A stretch of DNA of 35,133 nucleotides from contig CALLPU010000278.1 of assembly GCA_938016235.1 (NCBI GenBank), positions 1 through 35,133 of the forward strand, in the 5' to 3' direction. The first letter of the stretch is position 1, and each line of letters starts with the position of its first letter. The notes under the pieces were generated by a model. It did no database searches. It was given only the letters and a program-made list of their open reading frames with translations, and was not told the DNA's origin. Shown piece after piece: positions 9,991 through 19,162 of this stretch. Position numbers and translations under genes: made by a program. This DNA is from an uncultured Granulosicoccus sp. (lineage in GTDB: Bacteria > Pseudomonadota > Gammaproteobacteria > Granulosicoccales > Granulosicoccaceae).

Positions 9991-10943
9991 CGGTTTGCTT
10001 CCTGTCTGAACAGCCAAAGCATCAGCGGTATGACCAACAGCAGAATCCAATGCGACTGTTGTCTCCAGACCAGCGCTTGCAGTTCGCTGTGTGTGGATGC
10101 GCTTGCCTGTTGTTGAAGGTTCAATGCATCGTAATCCACCGTACCGAATCGGTTGGCTATCAGATACCTGCCGTTACCTGCCTTTGCCAGAGCGCTGACA
10201 CTCTCTTCATCGACAACAAGCTCGGCAGGGGTATCGTCATTACCAGACGCGTTGCCGGCGGTACCAAACACCAGAACGTCCAGACGGTGGCCTGCGTCGG
10301 CAAGATAACGTGCGGCGGCCAGGCTGCTCTTGCTGATGCCCCCGGAATCGCCGAGAACAAACAGCCTGGCCTGTATGAATTCACTGTCCTGAACAACGGC
10401 GGTTGCTAACGAGAGCGCGCGTGCCAGGTTTGAGCCCTCCGTTGGCAGTACGCCGTGCTCCAGCAATGCCGCATGTTCGTTGTAAACCGATAGATCGAAA
10501 GCCGGAGGTGCCACGAGAAAGGCATCACCGGAAAACAGGATCAATGAAATAGGTCTTGCACCTGCCTGTCTGGACAATTCGCTCAGTGCCAGACGCATGG
10601 CGCTTAAACGCGACGGCACCACGTCGGATAAGGTCATGGACCGGGAAACATCAGCCAGCACAACCCAACCGATGCTGTGTCGCCAGGTATCGTCATCACT
10701 TTGCCTGAGCACCGGTTTGCACAGGCTTAATGCCACAAGCGCAGCAGTGAGCACGGCGATATTCCAACTCAGCCTGTTCTGAGCTCTGCCACCCAGATAC
10801 GCAAACACCGGTTCTGCTATGACCCTGTCCCAGTCACTGCGCGCGGATACCTGTTTCAACACCCATGAGGCTAGCAGTAGCAAGAGCGCCGCGACAATCC
10901 ACAGTGGTTGTTGAATAACCCAGGGGCCCAGTTGCCAGCTCAT
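9987..10943 (-). CDS. VWA-domain membrane protein (BatB/MxaL-like)
   Basis: MIDAS-like DVSRSM, DVVPSRL, FSGDAFLVAP and GSNLARAL. ATG 10943 overlaps the upstream stop. Confidence 0.85.
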   Translation of the reverse strand: MSWQLGPWVIQQPLWIVAALLLLLASWVLKQVSARSDWDRVIAEPVFAYLGGRAQNRLSWNIAVLTAALVALSLCKPVLRQSDDDTWRHSIGWVVLADVSRSMTLSDVVPSRLSAMRLALSELSRQAGARPISLILFSGDAFLVAPPAFDLSVYNEHAALLEHGVLPTEGSNLARALSLATAVVQDSEFIQARLFVLGDSGGISKSSLAAARYLADAGHRLDVLVFGTAGNASGNDDTPAELVVDEESVSALAKAGNGRYLIANRFGTVDYDALNLQQQASASTHSELQALVWRQQSHWILLLVIPLMLWLFRQEANR

Positions 10944-11902
10944 GCTCGAGCCCTTTGCAGCAGTGCAAGAGCCAGCAGGCAAAGCAACAACAAACAATGC
11001 GGCCATAGCCTCAGATCCTGCCGGAGAATAACCGGTGGCGCAGCGACTTCTGCTTGCTCCAGCCTGTCGATTGCAGCATAGACCTGACGAAGATCAGCCA
11101 GCGTTCTGGCTCGGAAAAAAGTGCCCTTCGCTTTCTCGGCCACCGCTTTGAGCGTGGCTTCATCCAGATCAGCCGATTGTGCTATCTGATAGCCGCCACG
11201 CTCTGTATCCTCGCTGCCCAGCGCGATGGTATGAATGCGTATACCCAGGCTCACAGCTAATTCGGCAGCGCTTTCCGGTTCCACAGAACCTGCGTTGTTG
11301 GTGCCATCCGAGAGTAATACAATCGCCTTGTCAGTGGCTGGATCTGACTGAAGGGTCTTGATGGCGAGGCCAAGAGCATCACCAATGGCGGTTGAGCGAC
11401 CCGCCATGCCAATACCAGCGCTATCCAGAATACTGCCTACCGCTGCCAGGTCAAAGGTTAGCGGTGAGGCGATAAAGGCCTCCTTGCCATACAGCACAAG
11501 ACTCAGCCTGTCGCCTTGGCGTTGAGTGATGAAGTCGTGAGCCACCTCCTTGACCACCACTAAACGATTGCGCGTCTCGTCGCCCAGGGAGAAATCACGC
11601 CTTTCCATGCTGCCTGACACGTCAACTGCCAGGGCAATCGCGCGACCACTGACCGGTTGCACAACCGTATCGCCCGGTTGCCAGGGTTGAGCCAGTGTTG
11701 TCAACAGTGCAATCCACCCGATCCACACCAGCAAGCGACGTTGTGTAAACGGGTTGTCGGCCGACGACTTGACAGATGCCAGCGCATTGGCCAGCTGAGT
11801 TGGAATGCGGATGCTGACCGTGTTTGCATTCTGACGTGCCCAGGGCCCGACAAGGGGTAACGGCAACAACAAGAATATCCATGGCCATTCAAACTGGATC
11901 AT
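10940..11902 (-). CDS. VWA-domain protein (BatA/MxaC-like)
   Basis: FEWPWIFLLLPLP, full MIDAS DVSGSM / TAIGDA / LLSDG, GDRLSL and PLTFD. Confidence 0.9.
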   Translation of the reverse strand: MIQFEWPWIFLLLPLPLVGPWARQNANTVSIRIPTQLANALASVKSSADNPFTQRRLLVWIGWIALLTTLAQPWQPGDTVVQPVSGRAIALAVDVSGSMERRDFSLGDETRNRLVVVKEVAHDFITQRQGDRLSLVLYGKEAFIASPLTFDLAAVGSILDSAGIGMAGRSTAIGDALGLAIKTLQSDPATDKAIVLLSDGTNNAGSVEPESAAELAVSLGIRIHTIALGSEDTERGGYQIAQSADLDEATLKAVAEKAKGTFFRARTLADLRQVYAAIDRLEQAEVAAPPVILRQDLRLWPHCLLLLCLLALALLQRARA

Positions 11903-11908
11903 GGGCGA

Positions 11909-12379
11909 TCAGCGCTTTCCGGGAATGGCGGGTAGCCGATCGACCAGACGCAAGACGTGATCGCACAGATGCTGAAAGGTCTCTTCGCTCAGTGACGATG
12001 GTCGATACAGCGCATCGCCAAACAACCGGCCCTCGTGAACGGTAAACCAGTCAGTGGAAAAGTGTTCATCCAGTGTCGCAAGCCAGGCTTGTCCATCGAG
12101 ATCCTGTACCGGTTCCTGACGGTGTATCAGTATTTGCCTGAGCAAACTGGCCAGTTGCAACAAGCCGGCACCCGGGTTCATCTGTCGTGCCTGCTTGATC
12201 GTGCGTCTGGCTTCTATACGCCATCCTTCCCTGAGCCGATGCCACCTGGCCAGCAGCGCCAGGATCAGTAACAGTAACGCAACCACGTTGGCAGCAATCA
12301 GCCAGAGAGAAACGCCAGTGGGTGCTGCTGGTTCCTGAATATCACGCAGTGTGCTGAGTAGCGCTTCTGCTTCGTTCAT
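11909..12379 (-). CDS. DUF4381-family membrane protein
   Basis: LRDIQEP, a TM helix, LLRQ, L.GQAWLATLD and ALY, in the canonical position within MoxR cassettes. Confidence 0.8.
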   Translation of the reverse strand: MNEAEALLSTLRDIQEPAAPTGVSLWLIAANVVALLLLILALLARWHRLREGWRIEARRTIKQARQMNPGAGLLQLASLLRQILIHRQEPVQDLDGQAWLATLDEHFSTDWFTVHEGRLFGDALYRPSSLSEETFQHLCDHVLRLVDRLPAIPGKR

Positions 12380-12425
12380 GATGGCCGCGCGTCAATATTG
12401 CCGGGTGCCATTGCCGCTAGACCAG

Positions 12426-13466
12426 TCATGGCAGAAACTGTTCATGCCGCAGCGTGGTAACAATGCTGTCGATGCCGTCTTCAATACTGAGCATGGGCAC
12501 CATGAGTTGTTCAAATCGTGCCTGTCGCTGAGTTGCAGCCATTACTAATGCCGCCCGTAGTTGTTCACTGGCACGATAACCCAGAGAGACACTGCGGTTT
12601 TCAGGCACGGGATTGTCATGCGCAACAGTGTTGGTCTGATTGTGAGATGTGTATCCGTAGTGGCCGCCAGGTAAGCCTGATTTCAGAAGCGGGTCTTCCA
12701 CCACGATGGCGACGTTATCCGCTGTTTCGCTCAGCATGGCAATATTGCGATCGAAGTGGGCACCACAGTGCTGAAAATCACTGATCCACAACAGCGTGGA
12801 TAACTTGCCCGGGTGTTCGATGAGCCATTGGCTCACGGTATCCAGGTTTAGCGCCCGATAGCCGTTGATACCTGTGTCGATGTTGAATTCCACAATGGGA
12901 TCTGTAGACACATGTGCACTCGATGAAGCGGTATCCGTGTCCGTGCCTGCTGCGGCGTTCAAGCGTGTTTGATTGCTGGTAAATTGTCTTGCCAGAAGAG
13001 CGCAGGCATCAATCGCAGCCTGTTGCGCCGAACCCGGTTCACTGAGGCTGATACCGGCATCGGTTACTACCAGTACATTCGCACGGCTACTGCCTTGTGT
13101 GGCTTGCCAGAGTAATCGAGCGGCCACCTTGCAGACGCGCACCGCCTGTAATTCGATGGAACCTGTGAACATGGCATCACGAAGATCTGCCACCACGGTG
13201 GTTCGAATGTCTTTTTCTTCACGATAGAGCCGCGTGTGCAAAACGCCGGTTCTGGCGCTGGCTTTCCAGTCTATGTGCCTGGCATCATCGCCAGTACTGT
13301 AGTGCCTCAGATCATCGTATTCAGAGCCGTGGCCTCGGCGCTTACCCTGAAACTGGCCAATCCAATGGCCTCTGCCCAGGGGCAGTGTGCCGCCTTGTTG
13401 TTTAAGCGCATGCCGCTCTTCCAGCAAGGTTTGAACATCCAGGTTGATGGCGGCGTGATCATTCAT
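12426..13466 (-). CDS. DUF58 protein (MxaS-like)
   Basis: GSEYDDLRHYSTGDDARHIDWKASAR, REEKD and WISDF. Confidence 0.9.
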   Translation of the reverse strand: MNDHAAINLDVQTLLEERHALKQQGGTLPLGRGHWIGQFQGKRRGHGSEYDDLRHYSTGDDARHIDWKASARTGVLHTRLYREEKDIRTTVVADLRDAMFTGSIELQAVRVCKVAARLLWQATQGSSRANVLVVTDAGISLSEPGSAQQAAIDACALLARQFTSNQTRLNAAAGTDTDTASSSAHVSTDPIVEFNIDTGINGYRALNLDTVSQWLIEHPGKLSTLLWISDFQHCGAHFDRNIAMLSETADNVAIVVEDPLLKSGLPGGHYGYTSHNQTNTVAHDNPVPENRSVSLGYRASEQLRAALVMAATQRQARFEQLMVPMLSIEDGIDSIVTTLRHEQFLP

Positions 13467-13499
13467 GGCAGAACGTCTTTGGTATCAACGTAGTTTTGA

Positions 13500-14495
13500 T
13501 CAAACCCGAGGTGTTGTCTCAAGCAGTGTCTGAATGACATCGCGCGTACTGATACCAGAGGCGCGAGCCTTGTAATCCAGTGCAATTCGACCGCACAGTA
13601 CATCAGGGGCCAGCGACGCCACATCGTCGGGTGTGACGAATTCACGACCGTCAAGCCAGGCTGTGGCCTGAGCTGCCAGTGCCAGATTTATGGATGCGCG
13701 AGGGCTGGCAGCCTGCGCTATGGAGTCGGCACTGACGCCGCCTGCGCCGTACCCACGAGTGGCCCCGACCAGGCGCACGATATAATCTCGCACAGCCTCC
13801 GAGATGAACACGCTACTGAGTTCACGTCTGGCTTGCAGAATCGATTGACTATCCGCAATGGGTGTCACTGCCTGTGCTTCACTCTGTTCAGCGGCTTCGG
13901 TGAGCACCTGGTCCAGAATGCGTCGTTCATTGTCGACATCCGGCAGATCCAGGTGAATGAAAAACATGAACCGATCCAGTTGAGCTTCAGGCAACGGATA
14001 AGTGCCTTCGTGCTCTATGGGATTTTGTGTGGCAGCGACCAGAAACGGCTCTTCAAGTTTACGTGTTACGCCACTGGTTGTTATCTGCCGTTCACCCATG
14101 GCTTCGAGCAGCGCACTTTGCACTTTGGGAGGTGCACGATTCACTTCGTCTACCAGTATGATCTGATTGAACAGCGGGCCGGGCAGAAAGGTGAACTGAC
14201 CGCTTTGCTGCTGGTACATATCAGTTCCTGTGATATCAGCTGGCAGTAAGTCGGGCGTTGCCTGAATACGAACAAACTGTACAGAGAGCAAGTCCGCAAA
14301 GCATTTGATGGTGCGGGTTTTCGCCACACCGGGCGGGCCCTCAATCAGCATGTGGCCACCGCTGAGTAGCGCAACAAGCAAGCGCTCCACCAGCGTGTCC
14401 AGACCAATCAGTTGTTTTTCAAGCGATTGTTGTACATGCCGCAGACTCTTGTGCGCTGCGCTACTGGCTGTGGCTGCATCGGAATCGGCGTTCAT
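13500..14495 (-). CDS. moxR: MoxR-family AAA+ ATPase
   Basis: Walker A GPPGVAKT, TPDLLPADITG, Walker B LVDEVNRAPPKVQSALLEAM and TQNPIEHEGTYPLPEAQLDRF. Confidence 0.95.
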   Translation of the reverse strand: MNADSDAATASSAAHKSLRHVQQSLEKQLIGLDTLVERLLVALLSGGHMLIEGPPGVAKTRTIKCFADLLSVQFVRIQATPDLLPADITGTDMYQQQSGQFTFLPGPLFNQIILVDEVNRAPPKVQSALLEAMGERQITTSGVTRKLEEPFLVAATQNPIEHEGTYPLPEAQLDRFMFFIHLDLPDVDNERRILDQVLTEAAEQSEAQAVTPIADSQSILQARRELSSVFISEAVRDYIVRLVGATRGYGAGGVSADSIAQAASPRASINLALAAQATAWLDGREFVTPDDVASLAPDVLCGRIALDYKARASGISTRDVIQTLLETTPRV

Positions 14496-15580
14496 GGGCG
14501 AATAATCAGTGACGGGAAACGACGCTTGCTGGCACCCTCTTCTGTAAATTCCATCAGATCAATCGGGTGACTGTTGGGTTCAGGAGGGTCGGCCAACACG
14601 TTCAAGTCACCTTGTAACAGTGCGCCTGTGATGGTGCCATCGTCCTGGCGAGTCAGTTGATAGTAAACCCCGTTCCAGGCATCGATGCCAAAACTCTTGG
14701 GTGACTTCCAGATGAATAGCAGTTGATATTCCAGTTCGGTCAGATCCGAGGGCGTAACGGTACGACTCAATTCATAAGGGTAGGGCAGGTAACAGAACCA
14801 CTCTGACGATTCAGTCAGGCACTTGAACGGGCGCATGGACAGAAACTGATCTTCAAAATCCGTACTGTTCATGTCCACCACGACGCCGGCTGCACCCTGT
14901 TGTTGCGTTGAGAACTCAACCTGGCCGATAGCCACTTCATTGCCCTGCTGGTCTATCAGGAATATGTTGGCGTTGTTCGGGAAGTCAGACAAGCCGGGTG
15001 TGCTGTCGTCCAGGAAGTTCACCGGCTGAATCACCTCAAGTGCCTTGCCGGTTTCCAGCCAGCCATCGCTGCCCAATGGATACCAGTGAACTGCCGTATA
15101 GCCCCAGCCTATGGCACGTCGAGCTGCGTTCCAGCTTTGCCAGCAGTCGGAGGTGCAGAAAAACGCGATGGGTGCGCTTTTATCGTTAGCGGTCAGTCGA
15201 ACAAGATTGCGTTGAAAGTAGCTTTGCGCATCGGCTTGAAGTGTGCCTCTGCCCACTTCAGGTAACCAGGTGGAGCCCGGTATGGATTCCCGCACTTCGT
15301 TGGTGACCCAGTGTCCGTCAAGCGGATCAGGCCCCAGGCCTTTGGGAGGGTAGACATCAATGAATGTCAGCTCGCCCGCGTCATGCAGACGAACGGCTTC
15401 GGCGTTATCCAGGGTAATGCCATCGGGCACATCAGCAGGCACGGGTGCCCGGTAACGTTCCATGCGCAGCCCGGTTTCCGGGTCCACGGCGTAACCTTCC
15501 AGGGCCAGCGCCGGAACGCCGGTCAGCAGCAGGATGAGTCCGGCAATCAGGCTGTCGCGGGTACTCACAGTGCCTTTCAT
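14492..15580 (-). CDS. PQQ-catabolism-associated CXXCW rhodanese-like protein fused to an extra C-terminal domain
   Basis: Signal peptide, YRAPVP, SIPGSTWLP, FFCTSDCWQSWNAARRA and WYPLGSDGW, then about 165 extra aa. The start is likely 15580 or 15568 rather than 15718. Confidence 0.85.
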   Translation of the reverse strand: MKGTVSTRDSLIAGLILLLTGVPALALEGYAVDPETGLRMERYRAPVPADVPDGITLDNAEAVRLHDAGELTFIDVYPPKGLGPDPLDGHWVTNEVRESIPGSTWLPEVGRGTLQADAQSYFQRNLVRLTANDKSAPIAFFCTSDCWQSWNAARRAIGWGYTAVHWYPLGSDGWLETGKALEVIQPVNFLDDSTPGLSDFPNNANIFLIDQQGNEVAIGQVEFSTQQQGAAGVVVDMNSTDFEDQFLSMRPFKCLTESSEWFCYLPYPYELSRTVTPSDLTELEYQLLFIWKSPKSFGIDAWNGVYYQLTRQDDGTITGALLQGDLNVLADPPEPNSHPIDLMEFTEEGASKRRFPSLIIRP

Positions 15581-15629
15581 GAAAGAGGCACGAGGCCCCC
15601 CGTATTCGCTTGCAATCAACATGGGTGTC

Positions 15630-15715
15630 AGTATGCGCCGTGCGATAGACAATCGCTGTGGTACCAAAGTGCAACGTTTGGTCGCAGATTCATATTCCAC
15701 CTTCTTGTGTACACT
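15630..15715. promoter_or_regulatory. Divergent promoter with two tandem 12-bp boxes and two -10 elements
   Basis: Minus strand: GCACTTTGGTAC (15672-15661), N25, CATACT (15635-15630). Plus strand: AACGTTTGGTCG (15673-15684), N25, TACACT (15710-15715). Confidence 0.55.
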
Positions 15716-15745
15716 CAAGCGAGAACATAGCCACCGGAGTTTGCC

Positions 15746-16744
15746 ATGTCAGATCGATTCAAGGGTGTGATGCGCCTGTTTGTCGGCACAATGTTGCTTT
15801 GCGTAACCTCATTAAGCAGTTATGCAGCCGACCCTGTTGTGCGTGTGGGTGTACTCAAATTCGGCACGGTCAATTGGGAATTGAAATCCATGGTGCATAA
15901 CGGGCTGGACAAGGCCAACGGCTTTACGCTTGAGATTGTGCCCTTTGCCGGCGGTGACGCCACCCGCATAGCATTGATGGGGGGTGAAGTGGATGTCATC
16001 GTGTCCGACTGGTTGTGGGTGTCCAGACAGCGTTCTGAGGGTCAGACATTTGCGTTTGTGCCCTACAGCTCATCCGTCGGTTCGATCATGGTGCCCGAGA
16101 ATAGCGAAATGAAAACGCTGGGAGATCTGGTCGGCAAGAAGATCGGTGTGGCGGGAGGGCCACTGGACAAGAGCTGGTTGCTGTTGCAAGGCATGGCCAG
16201 CCAGGACCACAAGATCGATCTGTCGGCAGACAACGAGCCCGTGTTCGGTGCACCCCCCTTGCTGGCTGAGAAGGCGCGCGATGGTGAGCTGGATGCGGTG
16301 CTGAACTACTGGCACTACTGTGCCCGGCTCGAAGCAGACGGCTTCCGACGCCTGATCAGTGCCGAGGATGCTGCCAACGCGCTGGGTGCCAGTGGTCCGG
16401 TGTCGGCCATCGGTTATGTGTTTGATGAACAGTGGGCGGCAAGCAACCCGGCAGCAGCTTTCATAAAGGCGTCCCGTGCCACAAAGGAAATCCTGAGAAC
16501 CTCCGATGATGAATGGCAACGGCTAGCCGACAGTGGTGCAATCAAAGACGGGCCAGCAGCGCTCAAGGTGTTGCGTGATCGTTTCCGCGAAGGCATTCCT
16601 GCTCGATCTCATGCTGAAGAAGTGGCTGATGCTGGTGTTATCTATGGTTTGCTGAGCAAGCTGGGTGGCAAGAAGCTGGTAGGTAACGCAACAACCATGG
16701 CACCAGGCACTTACTGGGATGCATTGCCAATAGGCACCGAGTGA
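15746..16744 (+). CDS. ABC substrate-binding protein, NitT/TauT type, PqqT-like (putative PQQ binding)
   Basis: Signal peptide, LKFGTVNWEL, VSDWLWV, GVAGGPLDKSW, FGAPPLL and LNYWH, inside a PQQ-ADH island. Confidence 0.78.
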   Translation: MSDRFKGVMRLFVGTMLLCVTSLSSYAADPVVRVGVLKFGTVNWELKSMVHNGLDKANGFTLEIVPFAGGDATRIALMGGEVDVIVSDWLWVSRQRSEGQTFAFVPYSSSVGSIMVPENSEMKTLGDLVGKKIGVAGGPLDKSWLLLQGMASQDHKIDLSADNEPVFGAPPLLAEKARDGELDAVLNYWHYCARLEADGFRRLISAEDAANALGASGPVSAIGYVFDEQWAASNPAAAFIKASRATKEILRTSDDEWQRLADSGAIKDGPAALKVLRDRFREGIPARSHAEEVADAGVIYGLLSKLGGKKLVGNATTMAPGTYWDALPIGTE

Positions 16745-16763
16745 ATGAGTCCAGGCTGCATTC

Positions 16764-17555
16764 ATGATGAGTGTGGCTAAGGCGAGCGTCAGACGCTCTC
16801 AAGGTTCATCGTTTGTCATCAGTGTGACCTCATTGTGCGTGTTCGTACTCGTGTGGGCTGTGGTTGCGTGGTGGCTGGATGACAATGCCTTGCCGACGCC
16901 GTCAGCCGTGTGGCAATCGCTGGTGGTTGAGTTCCGATCCGGAGAGCTGTTTCACCATCTGGGCATGACGCTGTTGCGTGTCATCGCCGCCTTTATTGTG
17001 GCCATGGCTGTCGGTTCTGCCATTGGCATCTGGTTAGGCATGCAGCCACTGGCCAACCGCGTGGTTGATCCCTGGCTGATCCTGCTGCTCAATATTCCGG
17101 CACTGGTGATTATCGTGCTCAGTTACATCTGGTTCGGTCTTAACGAGGCAGCAGCCATCGGCGCGGTGGCACTGAACAAGATACCGAATGTTGTCATCAC
17201 ACTGCGAGAAGGCGCAAGGTCGCTGAATCCCGAATTTGCAGAGATGGCGCAGGTGTATCGATTCAGTTTCATGAAGCGTCTGCGCCATGTGGTGTTGCCT
17301 CAGCTGCAGCCATTCTTTGCAGCAGCGACACGCTCGGGGATTTCGCTCATCTGGAAGATCGTTCTGATTGTTGAGCTGTTGGGTCGATCCAACGGTGTGG
17401 GTTTTCAGATACACCTGTATTTTCAGTTGTTCGATGTGGCTACCATACTGGCGTATACGTTTGCCTTTATTGGCGTCATGCTGGTAGTCGAGTATGGCGT
17501 TCTACAACCGCTGGATAAATATACCAATCGGTGGCGGGGCACACATGAGCGATAG
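16764..17555 (+). CDS. ABC permease (NitT/TauT type)
   Basis: Multiple TM helices, EAA loop REGARSLNPEFAEMAQVY and ELLGRSNGVG. Confidence 0.9.
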   Translation: MMSVAKASVRRSQGSSFVISVTSLCVFVLVWAVVAWWLDDNALPTPSAVWQSLVVEFRSGELFHHLGMTLLRVIAAFIVAMAVGSAIGIWLGMQPLANRVVDPWLILLLNIPALVIIVLSYIWFGLNEAAAIGAVALNKIPNVVITLREGARSLNPEFAEMAQVYRFSFMKRLRHVVLPQLQPFFAAATRSGISLIWKIVLIVELLGRSNGVGFQIHLYFQLFDVATILAYTFAFIGVMLVVEYGVLQPLDKYTNRWRGTHER

Positions 17556-18264
17556 TGCGCTGCTGGTTGATGTGACAGGTCGCACGTTTGATCTTGCCGA
17601 TAACGACACGCTGCATGCAGTGGGTCGGTTACGCTTTGCGCTACCTGCCCATTCGTTTACGTGCATAGTCGGGCCATCGGGCTGTGGCAAGACGACGCTA
17701 CTGCGCATGATTCTGGGACTCGATTCTGGCTTTGACGGCAGTATCGATCATTCTGGCAAAGGCTCAGTGGCTGCGGTCTTTCAGGAGCCACGGCTGTTGC
17801 CCTGGAGAACAGTGGAGCAGAATGTCAGGCTGGTGTTGCCTGATGATCGACGTGAAGAAACGTTGGATGAGTTGTTTGATGTGCTGGGTTTGCAGGACAT
17901 GCGCGCGTTCTATCCGAACCAGCTGTCACTGGGATTGGCCAGGCGCGCAGCCCTCGCCAGGGCGTTCATTCTGCAGCCACAACTGCTGATACTCGATGAG
18001 CCGTTTGTGTCGCTGGACAATGCAACAGCAGATCGGTTGCAGCAACTGTTGCTGACGTTATGGCATTCGCACCCCACTACCGCATTGATGGTTACGCATG
18101 ATATCCGGGAGGCAGCCATACTGGCAGACCGTGTGCTGGTGTTCAGCAATCGACCCGCACACATTATGGACGAGATAACCATAGATACTGCGCAACATCA
18201 GCGCGATGAAGCGATGCTCGGGCAGATCGTACAGCGCATAGCCCAGGTTGTGAAATCGGGCTAG
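17545..18264 (+). CDS. ABC ATP-binding protein (NitT/TauT type)
   Basis: GPSGCGKT, FQEPRLLPWRTV, variant signature LSLG, LDEPF and VTHD. Confidence 0.92.
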   Translation: MSDSALLVDVTGRTFDLADNDTLHAVGRLRFALPAHSFTCIVGPSGCGKTTLLRMILGLDSGFDGSIDHSGKGSVAAVFQEPRLLPWRTVEQNVRLVLPDDRREETLDELFDVLGLQDMRAFYPNQLSLGLARRAALARAFILQPQLLILDEPFVSLDNATADRLQQLLLTLWHSHPTTALMVTHDIREAAILADRVLVFSNRPAHIMDEITIDTAQHQRDEAMLGQIVQRIAQVVKSG

Positions 18265-18361
18265 TGGGCTATTGTGGTCAAGTTGTGGTTCTTTCTGCGC
18301 GTGTCTGGCATTGACGATCCATGAGCCCACAACCGCTGTTCCTAGCTGTTGCCTTTGGGTG

Positions 18362-19162
18362 CTACGCTGCAGCCGTTCTGCCGGCGCGAAAACGCCTGGC
18401 AGGGTTATACGACCAGCACGCCAGAAGGAAGAAAACCAGCGTGCACAGTATGACTATCGCGATGGCCCAGCCATTGAACTGACCATAGAACGCAAACCGT
18501 ATGGCTTCAACAGCGTGTGTGAACGGATTCCATTGGCAGACTGTAGCGAGCAGGTCGCTGGATTCGCGCATCTTCCATATCGGGTAGAGCGCGGACGAGA
18601 GAAAGAACATCGGAAAAATCACGAAGTTCATGACCCCGGCAAAGTTCTCCAGTTGTTTGACAACCGATGCGATCAGCAGGCCAAGCGCGCCGAGCATAAT
18701 GCCGGTGATGATGGTGATGGGTAGCGCCAGCAGTAACCCATGGTAGGCGAAGTCTATCCCCACGAGCCAAGCCATGAGTAGAAACGCGCCAATCTGCATG
18801 AGCGACACCATCACGCCTGCCATCAGTTTGCACAACAGCAGATACCATCGGGGAAGTGGTGCAGTGAGCAACACTCGCATGGAACCCATTTCCTGATCGT
18901 AAACCATGGACAACGACGATTGCATGCCGTTGAACAGTTGAATCATGCCGATCAGTCCTGGGACGATATACACCTCATACGTGATGTAGGTCTGGTAGGG
19001 CGGTATGATCGACAAGCCCAGCGCAGCTCGGAAGCCAGCGGCAAATACCACCAGCCATAAGAGTGGCCGTATCAGTGCAGCGATGAAACGCTCACGTTGA
19101 TGGACGAATCGCATGAGCTCACGTCGCACGATTCCGGCCATCGCAAACAGATAACGATTCAT
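18362..19162 (-). CDS. pedC: ABC-2 permease of PQQ-ADH systems (PedC/LutF-like)
   Basis: RFVHQRERF, IIPPYQTYITYEVYIVPGL, LFNGMQSSLSMVYD.EMGSMR and LENFAGVMNFVIFPMFF. Confidence 0.88.
   Translation of the reverse strand: MNRYLFAMAGIVRRELMRFVHQRERFIAALIRPLLWLVVFAAGFRAALGLSIIPPYQTYITYEVYIVPGLIGMIQLFNGMQSSLSMVYDQEMGSMRVLLTAPLPRWYLLLCKLMAGVMVSLMQIGAFLLMAWLVGIDFAYHGLLLALPITIITGIMLGALGLLIASVVKQLENFAGVMNFVIFPMFFLSSALYPIWKMRESSDLLATVCQWNPFTHAVEAIRFAFYGQFNGWAIAIVILCTLVFFLLACWSYNPARRFRAGRTAAA

Noticed and set aside
18272-18724. Cys-rich plus-strand ORF after the ABC ATPase
   Set aside because: It mostly overlaps pedC antisense and has no recognisable motif or SD.
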